Below are positions 1 through 13,149 of a stretch of 64,000 nt of DNA, one piece after another (positions within the stretch are counted from its first letter, which is position 1; each line of letters starts with the position of its first letter). The translations under genes were made by a program, and so were the position numbers. Below the pieces are notes generated by a model. It had not been told where the DNA came from, made no database searches, and saw only the letters and a program-made list of their open reading frames with translations. This stretch comes from Octopus vulgaris (Eukaryota): the NCBI GenBank assembly GCA_951406725.2, contig OX597831.1, positions 21,824,001 through 21,888,000 on the forward strand, written 5' to 3'.

Positions 1-14
1 CCAACACCTTAAGT

Positions 15-268
15 CAGTGGATCTCAACTAGGGTTCATATGGCCTCTGGGAGTCTGTATAAAATGTTTTTCTCAAAATTTGTGAAAGAAATTGCTTATAT
101 TTCCACAGTACACAAAATATTTAAACATTTTTTTAAAAAACAACTTATAGTCATATTTATTCATAAAAATACATTGTTTTTTAAACATTGAATGGCTATA
201 AGGTCTCTCCCCTTGAGTAGAATATGATTTAAAACGGTCCATAGGCAAATAATGGTTGAGAACAACTG
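15..268. mobile_element. hAT (Charlie-type) MITE
   Basis: TIRs CAGTGGATCTCAAC / GTTGAGAACAACTG; perfect 8-bp TSD CCTTAAGT at 7-14 and 269-276; homologous copy at 50073-50326. Confidence 0.85.
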
Positions 269-959
269 CCTTAAGTGCTGGACTAAGAAGCATGTCATAG
301 ACGGAGCTAGTCGTAAATATTATTCAGGCTACTTTCTATGACTAAATTCTTTCATCCTACCTTACTTCTAACAACAAAATCCTCCCGTTCGGTACACCAA
401 CTCCATATTGTGTTCTTTCGCCTCTTCTTTCTTTGCCTTGTTGGTTATAATCATAACACTTCTTGGTACTGCTCACGTTACATAGGGATTCTTAATACAT
501 TATCAATTCTAGAAATTACACATATATTATAGGGAATGCATTCAACAACTATAACAGCTGGGCACTGCATATATACTATGTAGAGTAGGTTTCATATAAT
601 AGCACTACTGAATATTGAACATATATTTCATAAAATTCTTTGAACAAATTAACTCTGGGATGCGCTGTATGCATATTACAATAAGTTTTTTTCCCCCAGT
701 TATTATACATTTAAGATCTGCATGCAGCTTATGTAAAGTACACTCAATATAATGGTACCACTAGGGGCTGTAAATATGTTACAAAGAATACTTTCAACAC
801 AATAAGAAGTAAAATAAAATAGCGCCTACATCAGAGGCGGAAAGATCTGCGCCATGTTGTGTATTGAAGAGAAGCGCATTAAGGATAAGGGAACTGATAT
901 AATTATAAAAGTTATAATGTACTTCAATGCGTTCGAATTGTGAAAGATATATTTATGCA

Positions 960-1360
960 GGTATATGTGTGAGAGGTAATGTGCATGTGTGTGTGTGGAT
1001 GTGTGCGTGTGTGTGCATGTGTGCATGTGTGTACAGGTGTATCTGTCTCTGTATAGGTATGACTTTGTGTGTTTATGTGTAGGTGTTTAACTCTGTGTGT
1101 GTATGAATGTGTGTAACTATATGTGTCTCTCTGTGTGTATGCGTGTATGTGTGTAGCAGTGAGTGACTGTCTGTGTTTCTATGTATACATGCAGGTGTAT
1201 GTGTGTAACTGTATGTGTCTGTAAGCATGTGTGCAGGTCTGTGTATCTGTGTGTGTGAGCCTGTAACTATGTGTATGTATGTAGTTGTGTCACTGTATGT
1301 CTGCATGTCTGTGTGCATTGGTGTATGTGTGTGTGTTACTGCAAATGTTTGTATGTATAA
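960..1360. repeat. Degenerate (GT)-rich low-complexity tract
   Basis: Interrupted GT/GTAT repeats. Confidence 0.8.
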
Positions 1361-1782
1361 GAGTAAATACGTTTGTGACCACCTATGCATCAATGTGCTT
1401 AGAAATATCGGTATTTCCTTGATCATGGAATCGGTAATTCGATATATCTGCAAGTGATATTTCTACACAAGAGCATATATTCTTAAAGTATTCCCCCCAT
1501 ACTTTATATTACCATAATTATTGTGTTTGCTTAGTCTGCGATTGTAAGACAGGGAGCATATGGAGACAGACAATAATCCAAATATTCCTCCTCCCTGATC
1601 AATTTCCCTCTCTGATTACCTTTCTCCTCTCTCTCTCTCTCTTTAACTCTCAGTCTCTCTCCTAATCTATCTCTCATTCCTTCGATACTTATCCCCATTC
1701 CGTCTCTATCTTTCTCATTCTGTTGTTCTTTTCCTCAAACCTTCCTCCTTCGATCCCGCTTTATTTTCTTTCTCCTCCCCCC

Positions 1783-1815
<33 letters not shown>

Positions 1816-1976
1816 GCTCTCGCTTTTACTCATTGTATGACTCTTTTTATCAGTTTCGTTCTGTATGGGTTAATTCCTTACGTACTTAGTGGGAATCCAC
1901 AAGCCGTCAAAATGGTGATTGTGAAAAAACAAGAACAACAACAATAAAGGGGAAAAGGGTCAACAACAACAACAGC

Positions 1977-2463
<487 letters not shown>

Positions 2464-2984
2464 GAAACATGACAGGTGGAATAAAGAAGCAAATGAAAAA
2501 TTAGTGAATTTTTACATTGAAAATGTTATATTATTTGTTGTTCATTTTTTTTTTTTGTTTCTTTAAATTAAATTTTTTTTTTTCATCATTATAACGTGTA
2601 AAAATGAATTTAACACGCATAAATAGTTTGAATTTACAGCGACTGCTTCAAGCATAAATAAATCATGTAAAAAGAACCGTGCCTCTTTTGTCATATTCCA
2701 GGTATAAATTCTTTGTTTGAAAAAAAAAAAAAAAAAACCAAAAAAATATGGTTTGGCATTTCTAGCTCTGATCTGTCACTACTGTACGTGTAGATTATAT
2801 ATTCTTGTCGAGAAAATATTTCCTGCTATTCGTCGTTCTCACACTTCAAGTTGAAACCATTTGCGCACGACAAAATATCCAGCTGTTCATGTCAGCCATT
2901 ATAACCGGAAGCTCTCCATCGAAACCAGTTTTGCATTGAGCTTCTTTTTCTTTCAAATACTAAATTCGGTTTATATTTGTTGAT

Positions 2985-3024
2985 ATTATTATCATTATTA
3001 TTATCATCATCATCATCATCAACC

Positions 3025-3055
<31 letters not shown>

Positions 3056-3080
3056 TATTATCATTATTATTATTATTATT

Positions 3081-3125
<45 letters not shown>

Positions 3126-3146
3126 GCTGTTGTCATTTTTTGTTCC

Positions 3147-3177
<31 letters not shown>

Positions 3178-3203
3178 GTTGTTGTTGTTGTTGTTGTTGT
3201 TAT
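2985..3203. repeat. Compound (TTA)/(TCA)/(TTG) microsatellite
   Basis: Direct reading. Confidence 0.95.
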
Positions 3204-3499
3204 TAATTTAGTAAAATCAAACGAAAGAAAATAATAAATTTTCAATGAAGTACTTTCCTATTATGTTAGGATGCAAGTGATTAAATTAACAATATTTTAA
3301 AGAAATTACATTATCTTTCTTACAAACAACTTCAAATACTAGTGTGTAATTTGAAAAAAAATTTTTTTCAAATTTTCCTTCTTTATTTTGACCGATGAAA
3401 TCTCAGCTGAATCGATAAGGCGACAAGAGGATATTCACTTATAATGGTAGCATTTGTTTGATATTACTGGCAGTGGTGGGAGGTAGCGGTATCAATGGC

Positions 3500-3730
3500 A
3501 GCGACGAGGGCGACGGAGGTGAAAACGACGACGAGGATGATAAGGATGAGGATGAGGATGATAACGATAATGATGACGATAATGAAGATGGCGATGAGGA
3601 CGATGATGGTGATTACGAGGCTGGCAGTGACGAAGATGAAGTTGACGAGTATGACGATGACACGTGTTCGTGATAATGATGACGTCGATGATGACGACAA
3701 CGATGATGCCAAAGAAGATGATGAAGATGA
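3500..3730. repeat. Degenerate (GAT/GAC)n trinucleotide tract
   Basis: GAN-type triplets abutting a SINE 5' end. Confidence 0.75.
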
Positions 3731-3900
3731 GTGCAGGAGTGGCTGTGTGGTAAATAGCTTGCTTACGAACCACATGGTTCCGGGTTCATTCCCAATGCGT
3801 GGCACCTTGGGCAAGTGTCTTCTACTATAGCCTCGGGCCGACCAAAGTCTTGTGAGTAGATTTAGCAGAGGGAAACTGAAAGAAGCCCGTCATATATATG

Positions 3901-3948
<48 letters not shown>

Positions 3949-4199
3949 TGTATGTATGTATGTATGTGTGTGTGTGTATATATTTGTGTGTCTGTGTTTG
4001 CCCCCCCATCATCGCTTGACAACCGATGCTGGTGTGTTCATGTCCCCGTAACTTAGCGGTTCGGCAAAAGTGAACGATAGATAAAGTACTAGGCTTACAA
4101 AGAATGAGTCCTGGCTTCGATTTGCTCGACTAAAGGCGGTGCTCCAGCATGACCGCAGTCAAATGACTGAAACAAGTAAAAGAGTAAAGAAAGAGAGAG
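3731..4199 (+). mobile_element. tRNA-derived SINE family A (internal TA/TG microsatellite, AAAAGAGT tail)
   Basis: A-box-like TGGCTGTGTGG, B-box-like GGTTCATTCCC, CORE-like CCTTGGGCAAGTGTCTT; more than 10 homologous copies in the window. Confidence 0.92.
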
Positions 4200-4419
4200 T
4201 ATGATAACTGCTAATGTTTATGACAATAGCGGCTATTGTGATATGAAGAAAATGGAAACAGCTTTTGTTGGTTTCATGTAGAATAACCGGCAAATGATAA
4301 TTGTGAGTAGCATTATAAGCTAACCAATATATTTATGAAGTCCGCTCTGATTTCCCTTGTACAACTGCCCTTTAGTTGACAGTCACACACAATACATGTT
4401 CCGTATATAAATCATTATA

Positions 4420-4816
4420 TCTTTATATATAAAAGTGAAGTTGTGTGCTGTCTGTCTCCTACGATTTAGATTCCTAACTACTCCCACATTTTGCGGTGCA
4501 GTTTAACCAAAACCGGGTATCTTATAGTCGTGATTCATATCGAGCCCTTCTGGTTATTAGCGCGCGTCTACGATGAGTCTACGATTTTAAAAATAATTTA
4601 CCATCATTTTTTCATTTTAATGCATTTTTTCGCTATTATATAAGGGAAGTAACTCTCTAAAAATGTCTACGATGAGTCAACGATTTAAAAAAAATTTACC
4701 ATCATTTTTTTTTCCATTTTTAATGCATTTTTTGCTATTTTTTGGCTATAACTCTCTAAAAACGCTTTATAGTTATTTCCCTTACAAACCCGAGCAACGC
4801 CGGGCGATACTGCTAG
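4420..4816 (+). mobile_element. Non-autonomous Helitron
   Basis: 5' TC after host A; 3' hairpin CCCGAGCAACGCCGGG followed by CTAG then host T; two internal ~100-bp subrepeats (TCTACGATGAGTC...CTCTCTAAAAA). Confidence 0.85.
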
Positions 4817-5151
4817 TACGATATAAATCATTACCTGTGGATCATCTAAACTGGATGCTACGGTTTATCGCGTCGGTCACTCGCGGCCATATTTTCTCCG
4901 AAAGAAAAATTTGATTGATTTATGCTTATGGTCATGGAAAGAAGGACATTTTAGAAGAAATTTTTGATCACATGGCTGGCATACAAAGTGTGATGTTGGC
5001 TCCTATAAAGGAGCACAACAGTAGCTGATTACGAGAGACTGGGTTTTGTGTGAAGTTAGATCTAAACGACAACACTAATATTTGCTAGAGAACGATAACG
5101 CTTTGCGCTGTGTTCGGTGTGAAGAAACGCCTCTATAATCTTGAAAGGAAT

Positions 5152-5577
5152 TACTCTTACTCTTTTACCCTTTTACTTGTTTCGGTCATTTGACTGCGGC
5201 CATGCTGGAGCACCGCCTTTTAGTCGAGCAACTCGACCCCAAGACTTATTCTTTTGTAAGCCCAGTACTTATTCTATCGGTCTCTTTTGCCGAACCGCTA
5301 AGTGACGGGTACGTAAACACACCAGCATCGGTTGTCAAGCAATGCTAGGGGGTGACAAACACAGACCTACAAACATATACACACATGCATATAAACATAT
5401 ATATACATATATACGACAGGCTTCTTTCAGTTTCCGTCTACCAAATCCACTCACAAGGCTTTGGTCGGCCCGAGGCTATAGTAGAAGACACTTGCCCAAG
5501 GTGCCACGCAGTGGGACTGAACCCGGAACCATGTGGTTCGTAAGCAAGCTACTTACCACACAGCCACTCCTACGCCT
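5152..5577 (-). mobile_element. SINE family A, full length
   Basis: Reverse complement of 3731-4199. Confidence 0.92.
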
Positions 5578-6167
5578 ATATTTATGAATACAACGGATCT
5601 ACAAAACAAATACAATGATAATTATTAAAGAAAGACTATGTTTTTGTCTAGTGCTAGGTCTACTGTAATGCGACAATAGTTGTTAAAAACACCAGTTGGT
5701 TTACGATAGATTAGTCAGGTAAAGTGCATCGGAAGGGTGAAACGTCTTGTCGCATACTTTGCTAGCTTGACTGAAGGTACACGACCAAAAACATTTATAG
5801 AGAACGTCATCTGGCGACACGCATTATTATTAAGAAAAAAAAAAACAACGCAATTTTCACATTCTATTTTCAGGCATTCCGACCACATCAAAAATACAGT
5901 TATGAAAATACATTAAAAATAACAGAATGAGAAAAATGCTAAACAAAACTCGTCTCATATTAATTAAAAAGTTTTCAAGAATTCTTATTAAATCCAATTT
6001 CCTTCGACACATAATTCTCTCTGTCTCTTTTCCTTTCTCTCTCACTTTCTTTCTCTCGCTCCGTCTTTCACTCTTCCTCTCTCTACCTATCTCTCACTTC
6101 CTCTGTCTTTTTCTATCCATTTATATCTTTCGATACATTCATATATGTCTGTATGTATGTATGCATG

Positions 6168-6219
<52 letters not shown>

Positions 6220-6283
6220 CATGTATGTATATATATATATATATGTGTGTATATATACACATATGTATGTTTTATGCATATGG

Positions 6284-6315
<32 letters not shown>

Positions 6316-6487
6316 CTATATATACACAATGTATATAATGAAGGACGTATGACTACACCTGTGAATTGATATGCGCACATGTGTTCATGTGAGTGTCTTT
6401 GCATATGCGTCAATTTTTTATTTGCCATAATTTCACTCAGACAAATTTAATGAAAATTCATTGTAGTTAGGTGACGTAAAAGATATT

Positions 6488-6547
<60 letters not shown>

Positions 6548-6795
6548 AAGGATACTATCAAAATTACACATGGAAAGAGACATATACAACTGTGCAGACA
6601 CACAACAGGATAAATACAGTTGCGTACATGGATACACGTTCATTCATACGGATTCGAAATTGAGGAAACGTAAACAAACATATTCGTCCACTCATATACA
6701 TGTGTGTGTAAACATATACATGCATATGCATACATATATACTTATATATATGTGTCTGTGTATATGTGTCTGTATGATATCTCTCTCTCTCTCTT

Positions 6796-6830
<35 letters not shown>

Positions 6831-7419
6831 TGCTCACGTCATAACAAGTTTACGAACTTGCACGCACATGCACGCACACACATACGCACACACACACACA
6901 CACACGCACATGCACACATACATACAGATATGAACACCATACAGTCTCTTGACTAATTTTTCTACACGCCAGGCTAGTGGTAGTAAAACTTTCTAAAATC
7001 TTTATCACCCTGATATTATTAATTATTGATAATTTTTTCTGGAAAATTTTTGAAATAACGCCGATATTATTTCGTTACTGCCGACAAAAAACTGCGCTTG
7101 CGCGGTAGATTTGAAAATTTATAATGTATAAGATTGAGGCACATGCTGGATTGCCTCGTGCTTATGTGTTTAATCTATGCGTACCTGTTGAAGACTTCGC
7201 CTAGCAAATTATTTTATTTGCTAAAATATGTCAGAAACCATGGACCAGAAGATAGATGGTAAATGATTTTATTTTTCATTCCCTCCAAACTTTTTATCCC
7301 TAATAGTAGTTTGGATGTTGGCTGTTCCTTCTAGCGTACCAGGATTCCTATGACGGATACCTCTTATGTGTTTAAATGTACACTGTATTTATACATATAT
7401 ACATACATACATACATACA

Positions 7420-7474
<55 letters not shown>

Positions 7475-7479
7475 GCTTG

Positions 7480-7700
7480 TATGTGTCTGTTTGTTTGGGT
7501 ATGTGATTGTCCCACTCCGATCGCTTGACAACTGATGTTGGTGTGTTTATGTCCCCGTCACTTAGCGGTTCGGCGAAATAAACCGATGGAATAATTACTA
7601 GGCTTGCAAAGAATTAATCCTGGTTTCAATTTGTTCGACCAAAGGCGGTCTTCCAGCTTGGTCTCAGTCAAATGACTGAAACAAGTAAAAGAATAAAGGA
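7480..7700 (+). mobile_element. SINE family A, 3' half
   Basis: CGCTTGACAACTGATGTTGGTG...GACTGAAACAAGTAAAAGA. Confidence 0.85.
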
Positions 7701-7924
7701 ATATATATATAAAGCGCTTCTGCCGAGTCTCGAGTTAACAAGTATTGACTGACAAGTCGTCGGTCGGCTACGGTCAACTGAAGAAGACACTTCACGAAGG
7801 TGCTGCGCAGTACGATTGCATCCGTCTGCAAGCAACGAGTTTTGAAGTGATCTTCTAAACTACACTAGCACACGCAAACACTACACACAATAACACAAAC
7901 CCTCACACCAAGACATGTACATAA

Positions 7925-8060
7925 TACTCTTTACTTGTTCCAGTCATTTCAATGTGGCCATGCTGGAGCACCGCCTTTAGTCGAGCAAATCGACCCTAGT
8001 ACTTATTCTTTGTAATCCTAGTACTTATTCTATCGGCCATATTGCCGAACCGCTAAGTTA
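7925..8060 (-). mobile_element. SINE family A, 3' fragment
   Basis: ACTCTTTACTTG...GCCGAACCGCTAAGT. Confidence 0.85.
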
Positions 8061-8164
8061 ATGTTGATGGTTTTGTAATCCAAATGGCTATATCAAAGTC
8101 GTCCTTCATTCAACATTCGTAAATGCTGCGGTGAAATCCATATATGAGTTTATGCTATAATCTT

Positions 8165-9589
8165 CGAAATTTTGAGACAATGCAGTCACCGTACTTCGGT
8201 AACGTGGATCATTTGAACTTGTAATTTATTTTCACTGAAATAAGTAATGCAGAGCCATCTATACTTCACTTATTCTAGCACTTCCTACCAATCCGCGGCC
8301 CTGGACTGATTGTAATTTTTATGTCTTTATCAGCCCAGAGTGTATGAAGGTAAAAGTTAACTTCTGCGGGATTTGAATTTGAACTCAGGGTGCAGAGAGT
8401 AAAAGTAAATACTCCTAGAGATGCATACGCGCACAAACCGTACCCACACAAACACACATACACACATATAGAAATAATATACAAGGAATTTTCAACAACT
8501 GACTTGATGTAATAGTTATATACTAAGAGTGCTCAGTTTGATTTACCAATATAATCTGGCTTCAACACAACTTGAAATATATCGTGGTGAAATTGCCTAC
8601 CAAAGTTGACTGCAAGTGGTTATTCCTCAAGCGGGTGGATAGGCATACACATATATAATCATATATATAATTTTATATTTTATATATTTGATATATTTTG
8701 TATATTATATTAATTAATTTTATTTCTATGCATTGATCTATGTTTTTCACTGTTTGATTTGCCTAATAGTGGCTTTATCTCTACTTTAATATATATATAT
8801 ACTCTTTTACCTCTTTCAGTCATTTGACTGCGACCATGCTGGAGCACCGCCTTTTAGTCGAGCAACTCGACCCCGGGACTTATTCTTTTTGTAAGCCTTA
8901 TTCTATCGGTCTCTTTTGCCGAACCGCTAAGTAACGGGGACATAAACACACCAGCATCGGTTGTATGGGTACAGAACTTCAAAAAACTTTCAACACACTG
9001 AGAAACGAAAACATAAAAACAAAAACATAGAAAACGAACCTTTTTTCGAATAACGTAAAAAACAAACAGCAAAACGAACGAGACATGCAACATGAAGAAT
9101 ATTCCCCTTCATCAGTTGTCCCTGTTTCATCTTCTCCGCGTTTTCGAAGGCAATATATATATATTTCTTTACTGCCCACAAGGGGCTAAACATAGAGGGG
9201 TCAAACAAGGACAGACAAAGGGATTAAGTTGATTACATTAAACTCCAGTGCGAAATTTTGAGACAATGCAGTCACCGTACTTCGGTAACGTGGATCATTT
9301 GAACTTGTAATTTATTTTCACTGAAATAAGTAATGCAGAGCCATCTATACTTCACTTATTCTAGCACTTCCTACCAATCCGCGGCCCTGGACTGATTGTA
9401 ATTTTTATGTCTTTATCAGCCCAGAGTGTATGAAGGGCAAAATTAACTTCTGCGGGATTTGAATTTGAACTCAGGGTGCAGAGAGTAAAAGTAAATACTC
9501 CTAGAGATGCATACGCGCACAAACCGTACCCACACAAACACACATACACACATATAGAAATAATATACAAGGAATTTTCAACAACTGAC
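8165..9589. repeat. 339-bp near-identical direct repeat (8165-8503 and 9251-9589)
   Basis: CGAAATTTTGAGAC...CAACAACTGAC occurs twice; the only differences seen are GAAGGTAAAAGTTAAC vs GAAGGGCAAAATTAAC. Confidence 0.95.
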
Positions 9590-9827
9590 AATGAATTTTC
9601 AACAAGCAATGCTAGGGGGACAAACACAGACACACAAACACACACACACATATATATACATATATACGATGGGATTCTTTCAGTTTCCGTCTACCAAATC
9701 CACCCGCAAGGCTTTGGTCGGCCCGAGGCTATAGTAGAAGACACTTGCCTAAGGTGCCACACAGTGGGACTGAACCCGGAACCATGTGGTTGGTAAACAT
9801 GCTACTTACCACACAGCCACTCCTGCG

Positions 9828-9829
<2 letters not shown>
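8800..9829 (-). mobile_element. SINE family A split in two (8800-8964 and 9603-9829) by a 638-bp insertion
   Basis: Halves rejoin as GCATCGGTTGT|CAAGCAATGCT, the uninterrupted sequence seen at 5324-5345. Confidence 0.9.
8965..9152 (-). mobile_element. Short non-coding (TA)n-associated repeat, family H2 (probable non-autonomous Penelope-type)
   Basis: Homologous to 49403-49620; minus strand has CTTCGAAAACGCG and CTGATGAAGGGG. Confidence 0.6.
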
Positions 9830-9875
<46 letters not shown>

Positions 9876-9904
9876 ATATATTATATTATATATTATATAT
9901 ATAT

Positions 9905-9951
<47 letters not shown>

Positions 9952-9977
9952 ATGTATTATATATGTATATATATTAG

Positions 9978-10018
<41 letters not shown>

Positions 10019-10687
10019 GTATAAATATATATGTATATATATGTATATATATATATATATATGGTCATAAATAAATGCGCATGTGTACATACACAGATGC
10101 ACGCCCACAGATACGCACACTGATGTATATTGAGGTTATTTGTTGCAAATTCCAAATTACGTTCTTTAGGACACATGTGCAGGAAAAAAAGAAAGGAAAA
10201 GCCAGCAAAATTAAAATTAATGGGTTAAAACTGCAATATTTCTTATACTTTGTCAAATTAATTTTCCACAAATAAATAATAAATAAGAAAATTAAAAGAA
10301 AAATAAGCGAAACGGAACAAAATAGAAAATGCTATAAAACTCATACTTTTAAAACAATGTAATATTATTAATTGAGGACAAAAATGAATAAAAAATTAAT
10401 TGCCTCTCTCGTTACTTCTCTGATTAATATGGATTTTCTTTCGCTTTTTTTTCTTTTAACTGAAGTCACATTACTATATTTTTAATGTATTTTATTTCTT
10501 GTTGTTGAGTTAATGAACAGTTGAATGACTAAATCGGTAGGGTGTTGTAGTTATTTCTTTGCGGCGTTTAGTTGTTGCAGTACTGCGATCTAATCTGATA
10601 GCAGGTGGTCCTTGCCATCCTGTTTTGAGGACTTGATTAAAATGTCTGTATGTGGTAGACACAAAATCTGAATGTTAGTGGATGAAG

Positions 10688-10848
10688 GCTAATCGATTAC
10701 ATCGACGCCGTTGCTCAACTGTTACATATTTTATCGACTCCCAAAGGGATATAAGGCAAAATCGACCTCGGTGAATTTGAACTTAAAACGTAAAACGCCG
10801 AAAGAAATGCCGATAAGGATCTCTGTTCAAACTGTGGCAGCTCACCGC
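10688..10848 (-). mobile_element. Degenerate tRNA-derived SINE family D
   Basis: Minus strand GCGGTGAGCTG...AGTTCAAATTCACCGAGGTCGATTTTGCCTT...GTCGATAAAAT; related fragments near 25500-25815, 26470-26600 and 52200-52360. Confidence 0.65.
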
Positions 10849-10897
10849 TTTTGCACGTTTGATGAAATGAAGTGACAGTCAAATATTGGGGTTGATA

Positions 10898-11099
10898 CAT
10901 TATTTACATAATTTACATTCGACGGATATTTGTCCTCATCTTGTTTGTTGTTAACATAACGTTTTGGCTGATATACCCTCCAGCCTCCATCAGGTGTCTT
11001 GGGGAAATTTCGAACCTGGATTCTCATTCCTAAGGTATTTTTCGATGTTGTTGTTGTTATTATTATTGTTGTTGTTGTTGTTGTTATTGTTCAGGTCAC
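10898..11099 (-). mobile_element. Inverted, head-less copy of the adjacent hammerhead SINE
   Basis: Reverse complement of 11167-11245 plus 11850-11995; begins at GTGACCTGA, just after the tRNA head. Confidence 0.85.
10953..10998 (-). ncRNA. Minimal type-I hammerhead ribozyme motif, mutated
   Basis: GACAC CTGATGG A GGCTGG-AGGGTATA-TCAGCC AAAAC GTT ATGTT; two core substitutions (A9>G, G12>A). Confidence 0.65.
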
Positions 11100-11245
11100 G
11101 GGCATATGGCGTAGTAGTTAAGAGTGCAGACTACTAACCTCAAGATTCCGAGTTCGATTCCAAGCAGTGATCTGGACGACAACAACAACAACAACAACAT
11201 CAACAATAATAATAATAATAATAATGATAATAATAATAATAATAA

Positions 11246-11801
11246 ATGCCCTGATGCAGTACCAGGCAGTGGCTCTCATGGCTTCTGATCTTAACTGATT
11301 GGAAGTGTTATCATGTACATCGTTTTATCTTGGTATAAAAGATGGGCTACAGCAAATATTCTGCTCAATACCACAGATTTGCTTGTCAGTTGTTTGACCT
11401 TAACCAGTTGAGCATGTCCCTTAATGGCTGACGATATGTGCATCTCTGATCACGAGCAGAAGTAGTGGGGGAGCATCATAGCCATGTGTTGAGAGGGATT
11501 CTTTGGGGTTTGAATAGTTCACCTCTGGAAACATGGGTGGTTCTTTCAACATCCTTAAACAACCCTTATTCAGGGACCGTTTGAGCGGGATAGGCTACTC
11601 AACCTGAAGAAAATTCTAACTGGGCCCCACCTGCAAGGTCATGTGCTGTTTATCTTGATATGAGATCACCATGTCGCGCACATATGGTTGTGATGCATGT
11701 GCCTGGTGTACCTTTATCAGACGGGTAGTCATGATGGGTATATTGGGCTTCGTATATTTTACCCCAGTGTCACTTTGATGGCATGAACTGCTCTCTCACT
11801 C
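11246..11801 (+). mobile_element. 556-bp non-coding element inserted in (TAA)n
   Basis: (AAT)n on both sides; internally deleted copy with the same termini at 27991-28185; orientation inferred. Confidence 0.8.
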
Positions 11802-11841
<40 letters not shown>

Positions 11842-11885
11842 TTAATAACAACATCGAAAAATACCCAGGTTCGAAATTTCCTCAA

Positions 11886-11931
11886 GACACCTGATGAAGG
11901 CTGGAGGGCATATCAGCCGAAAAGTTGTGTT
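11886..11931 (+). ncRNA. Minimal type-I hammerhead ribozyme motif
   Basis: Stem I GACAC/GTGTT, CTGATGA, extra A, stem II GGCTG/CAGCC, GAAA, A (C in the sister copy), GTT cleavage triplet. Confidence 0.75.
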
Positions 11932-12799
11932 AACAAAAAACAAGATGAGGATAAATATCCGTCAAATGTAAATAATGTAAATAATGTAAATAATATACAT
12001 AATTCCTCATCTCTTAAATATATAACTGTACTGGGGTTGATATTATCGATTTCCGCTTACTTCCTAAATGTCAGTTGCTGTGCCAGAAGTTTAGAGTAAG
12101 AAAGGGTTAGTTTACTGCATCAACTCTAATATTTCATGGATGTTTTATTTTAGAAACCCCCGGAAGGAAGAAAAACAAAATTGATTGCAGTAGGATTTGA
12201 TCCCAGAATGTAAAGAGCCGAAGGAAAAAAAGTAAAGGTTTTTACGAAGCTGCAACGATTACCAATATACCAGCTTTACGCCGAAAGTAATTATTACATC
12301 TATTATTATTGTTGTAGTTGGCGTTGTAGTTGTTGTTTTGGTGAATGGTTGAATACCAGAAACGACGGAACATCTGACTTTACTAGTTACATCTCACGTT
12401 CTGATTCCAAATGCCATTAGTATTGCTTTGCATTTTGTGGTTAAGATTAAATTGAAAAGCCTGAGTTCAATAATATAGGTCGGGATCATAATAAATTTAC
12501 ACTCCTCCTCTCGCAAAATTGACGTCTTGTGACATCACTAGAAAATATGCTAAGCTCGTAAAGATTGGATGAGGAAGAAGGCAAAATCTATCAAGGTATT
12601 TGGCTACGTTTTTAATCCGACCGTGGTTTACTTTTCTTGTATCCTGGAGAAAATAGGAATAATATATTGAAGCCTACAAATCGATTGTTTTGCTTTTAAA
12701 TCCGTGGTCCATAAAATGAAGTACCAGTCAATTACTAGGTTCGATATAATCCCCAACCCACGCTGTGAAAAATTGCCGGCTATATGCCTAAATCACAGA

Positions 12800-12987
12800 C
12801 TATTATTATTATTATTATTATCATTATTTTTATTATTATTATTATTGTTGTTGTTATTATTGTTGTTGTTATTGTTGTTGTTGTTATCAACATTACCATC
12901 ATCATCATCAGTAGTAGTAGTAGTAGTTGTAGTAGTAATAGTAGTAGCAGCAGCAGTAGCAGTAGTAGTAGTAGTAATGTTATTATT
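12800..12987. repeat. Compound (TTA)/(TTG)/(TAG) microsatellite
   Basis: Direct reading. Confidence 0.9.
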
Positions 12988-13149
12988 AATGGCTTCACAA
13001 GTATTACACCAACATGGATGCCTATACACGAACGCTTGGCCTTCTCCAAATGAAAATGAAATTTCCGTTATATCTCTTTGCTGTCTTCAAAAAAGGAAAG
13101 ATAAAAAAATGAGACTATACTTGCCTAAATGCAAAATAACGGGATGATC

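Larger units (their letters stand above)
11100..12029 (+). mobile_element. tRNA-headed SINE with internal (AAC/AAT)n and 3' hammerhead motif
   Basis: A-box TGGCGTAGTAG, B-box GTTCGATTCC (11100-11165); microsatellite; hammerhead at 11886-11931; (TGTAAATAA)n tail; interrupted by 11246-11801. Confidence 0.8.

Noticed and set aside
2620-2945. Complex unique sequence as a possible exon or small RNA
   Set aside because: Only short open frames, no convincing paired splice sites or stable hairpin
3458-3673. Acidic D/E-rich 71-aa ORF
   Set aside because: Degenerate GAT/GAC repeat abutting a SINE; non-ATG start, no splice support or domain
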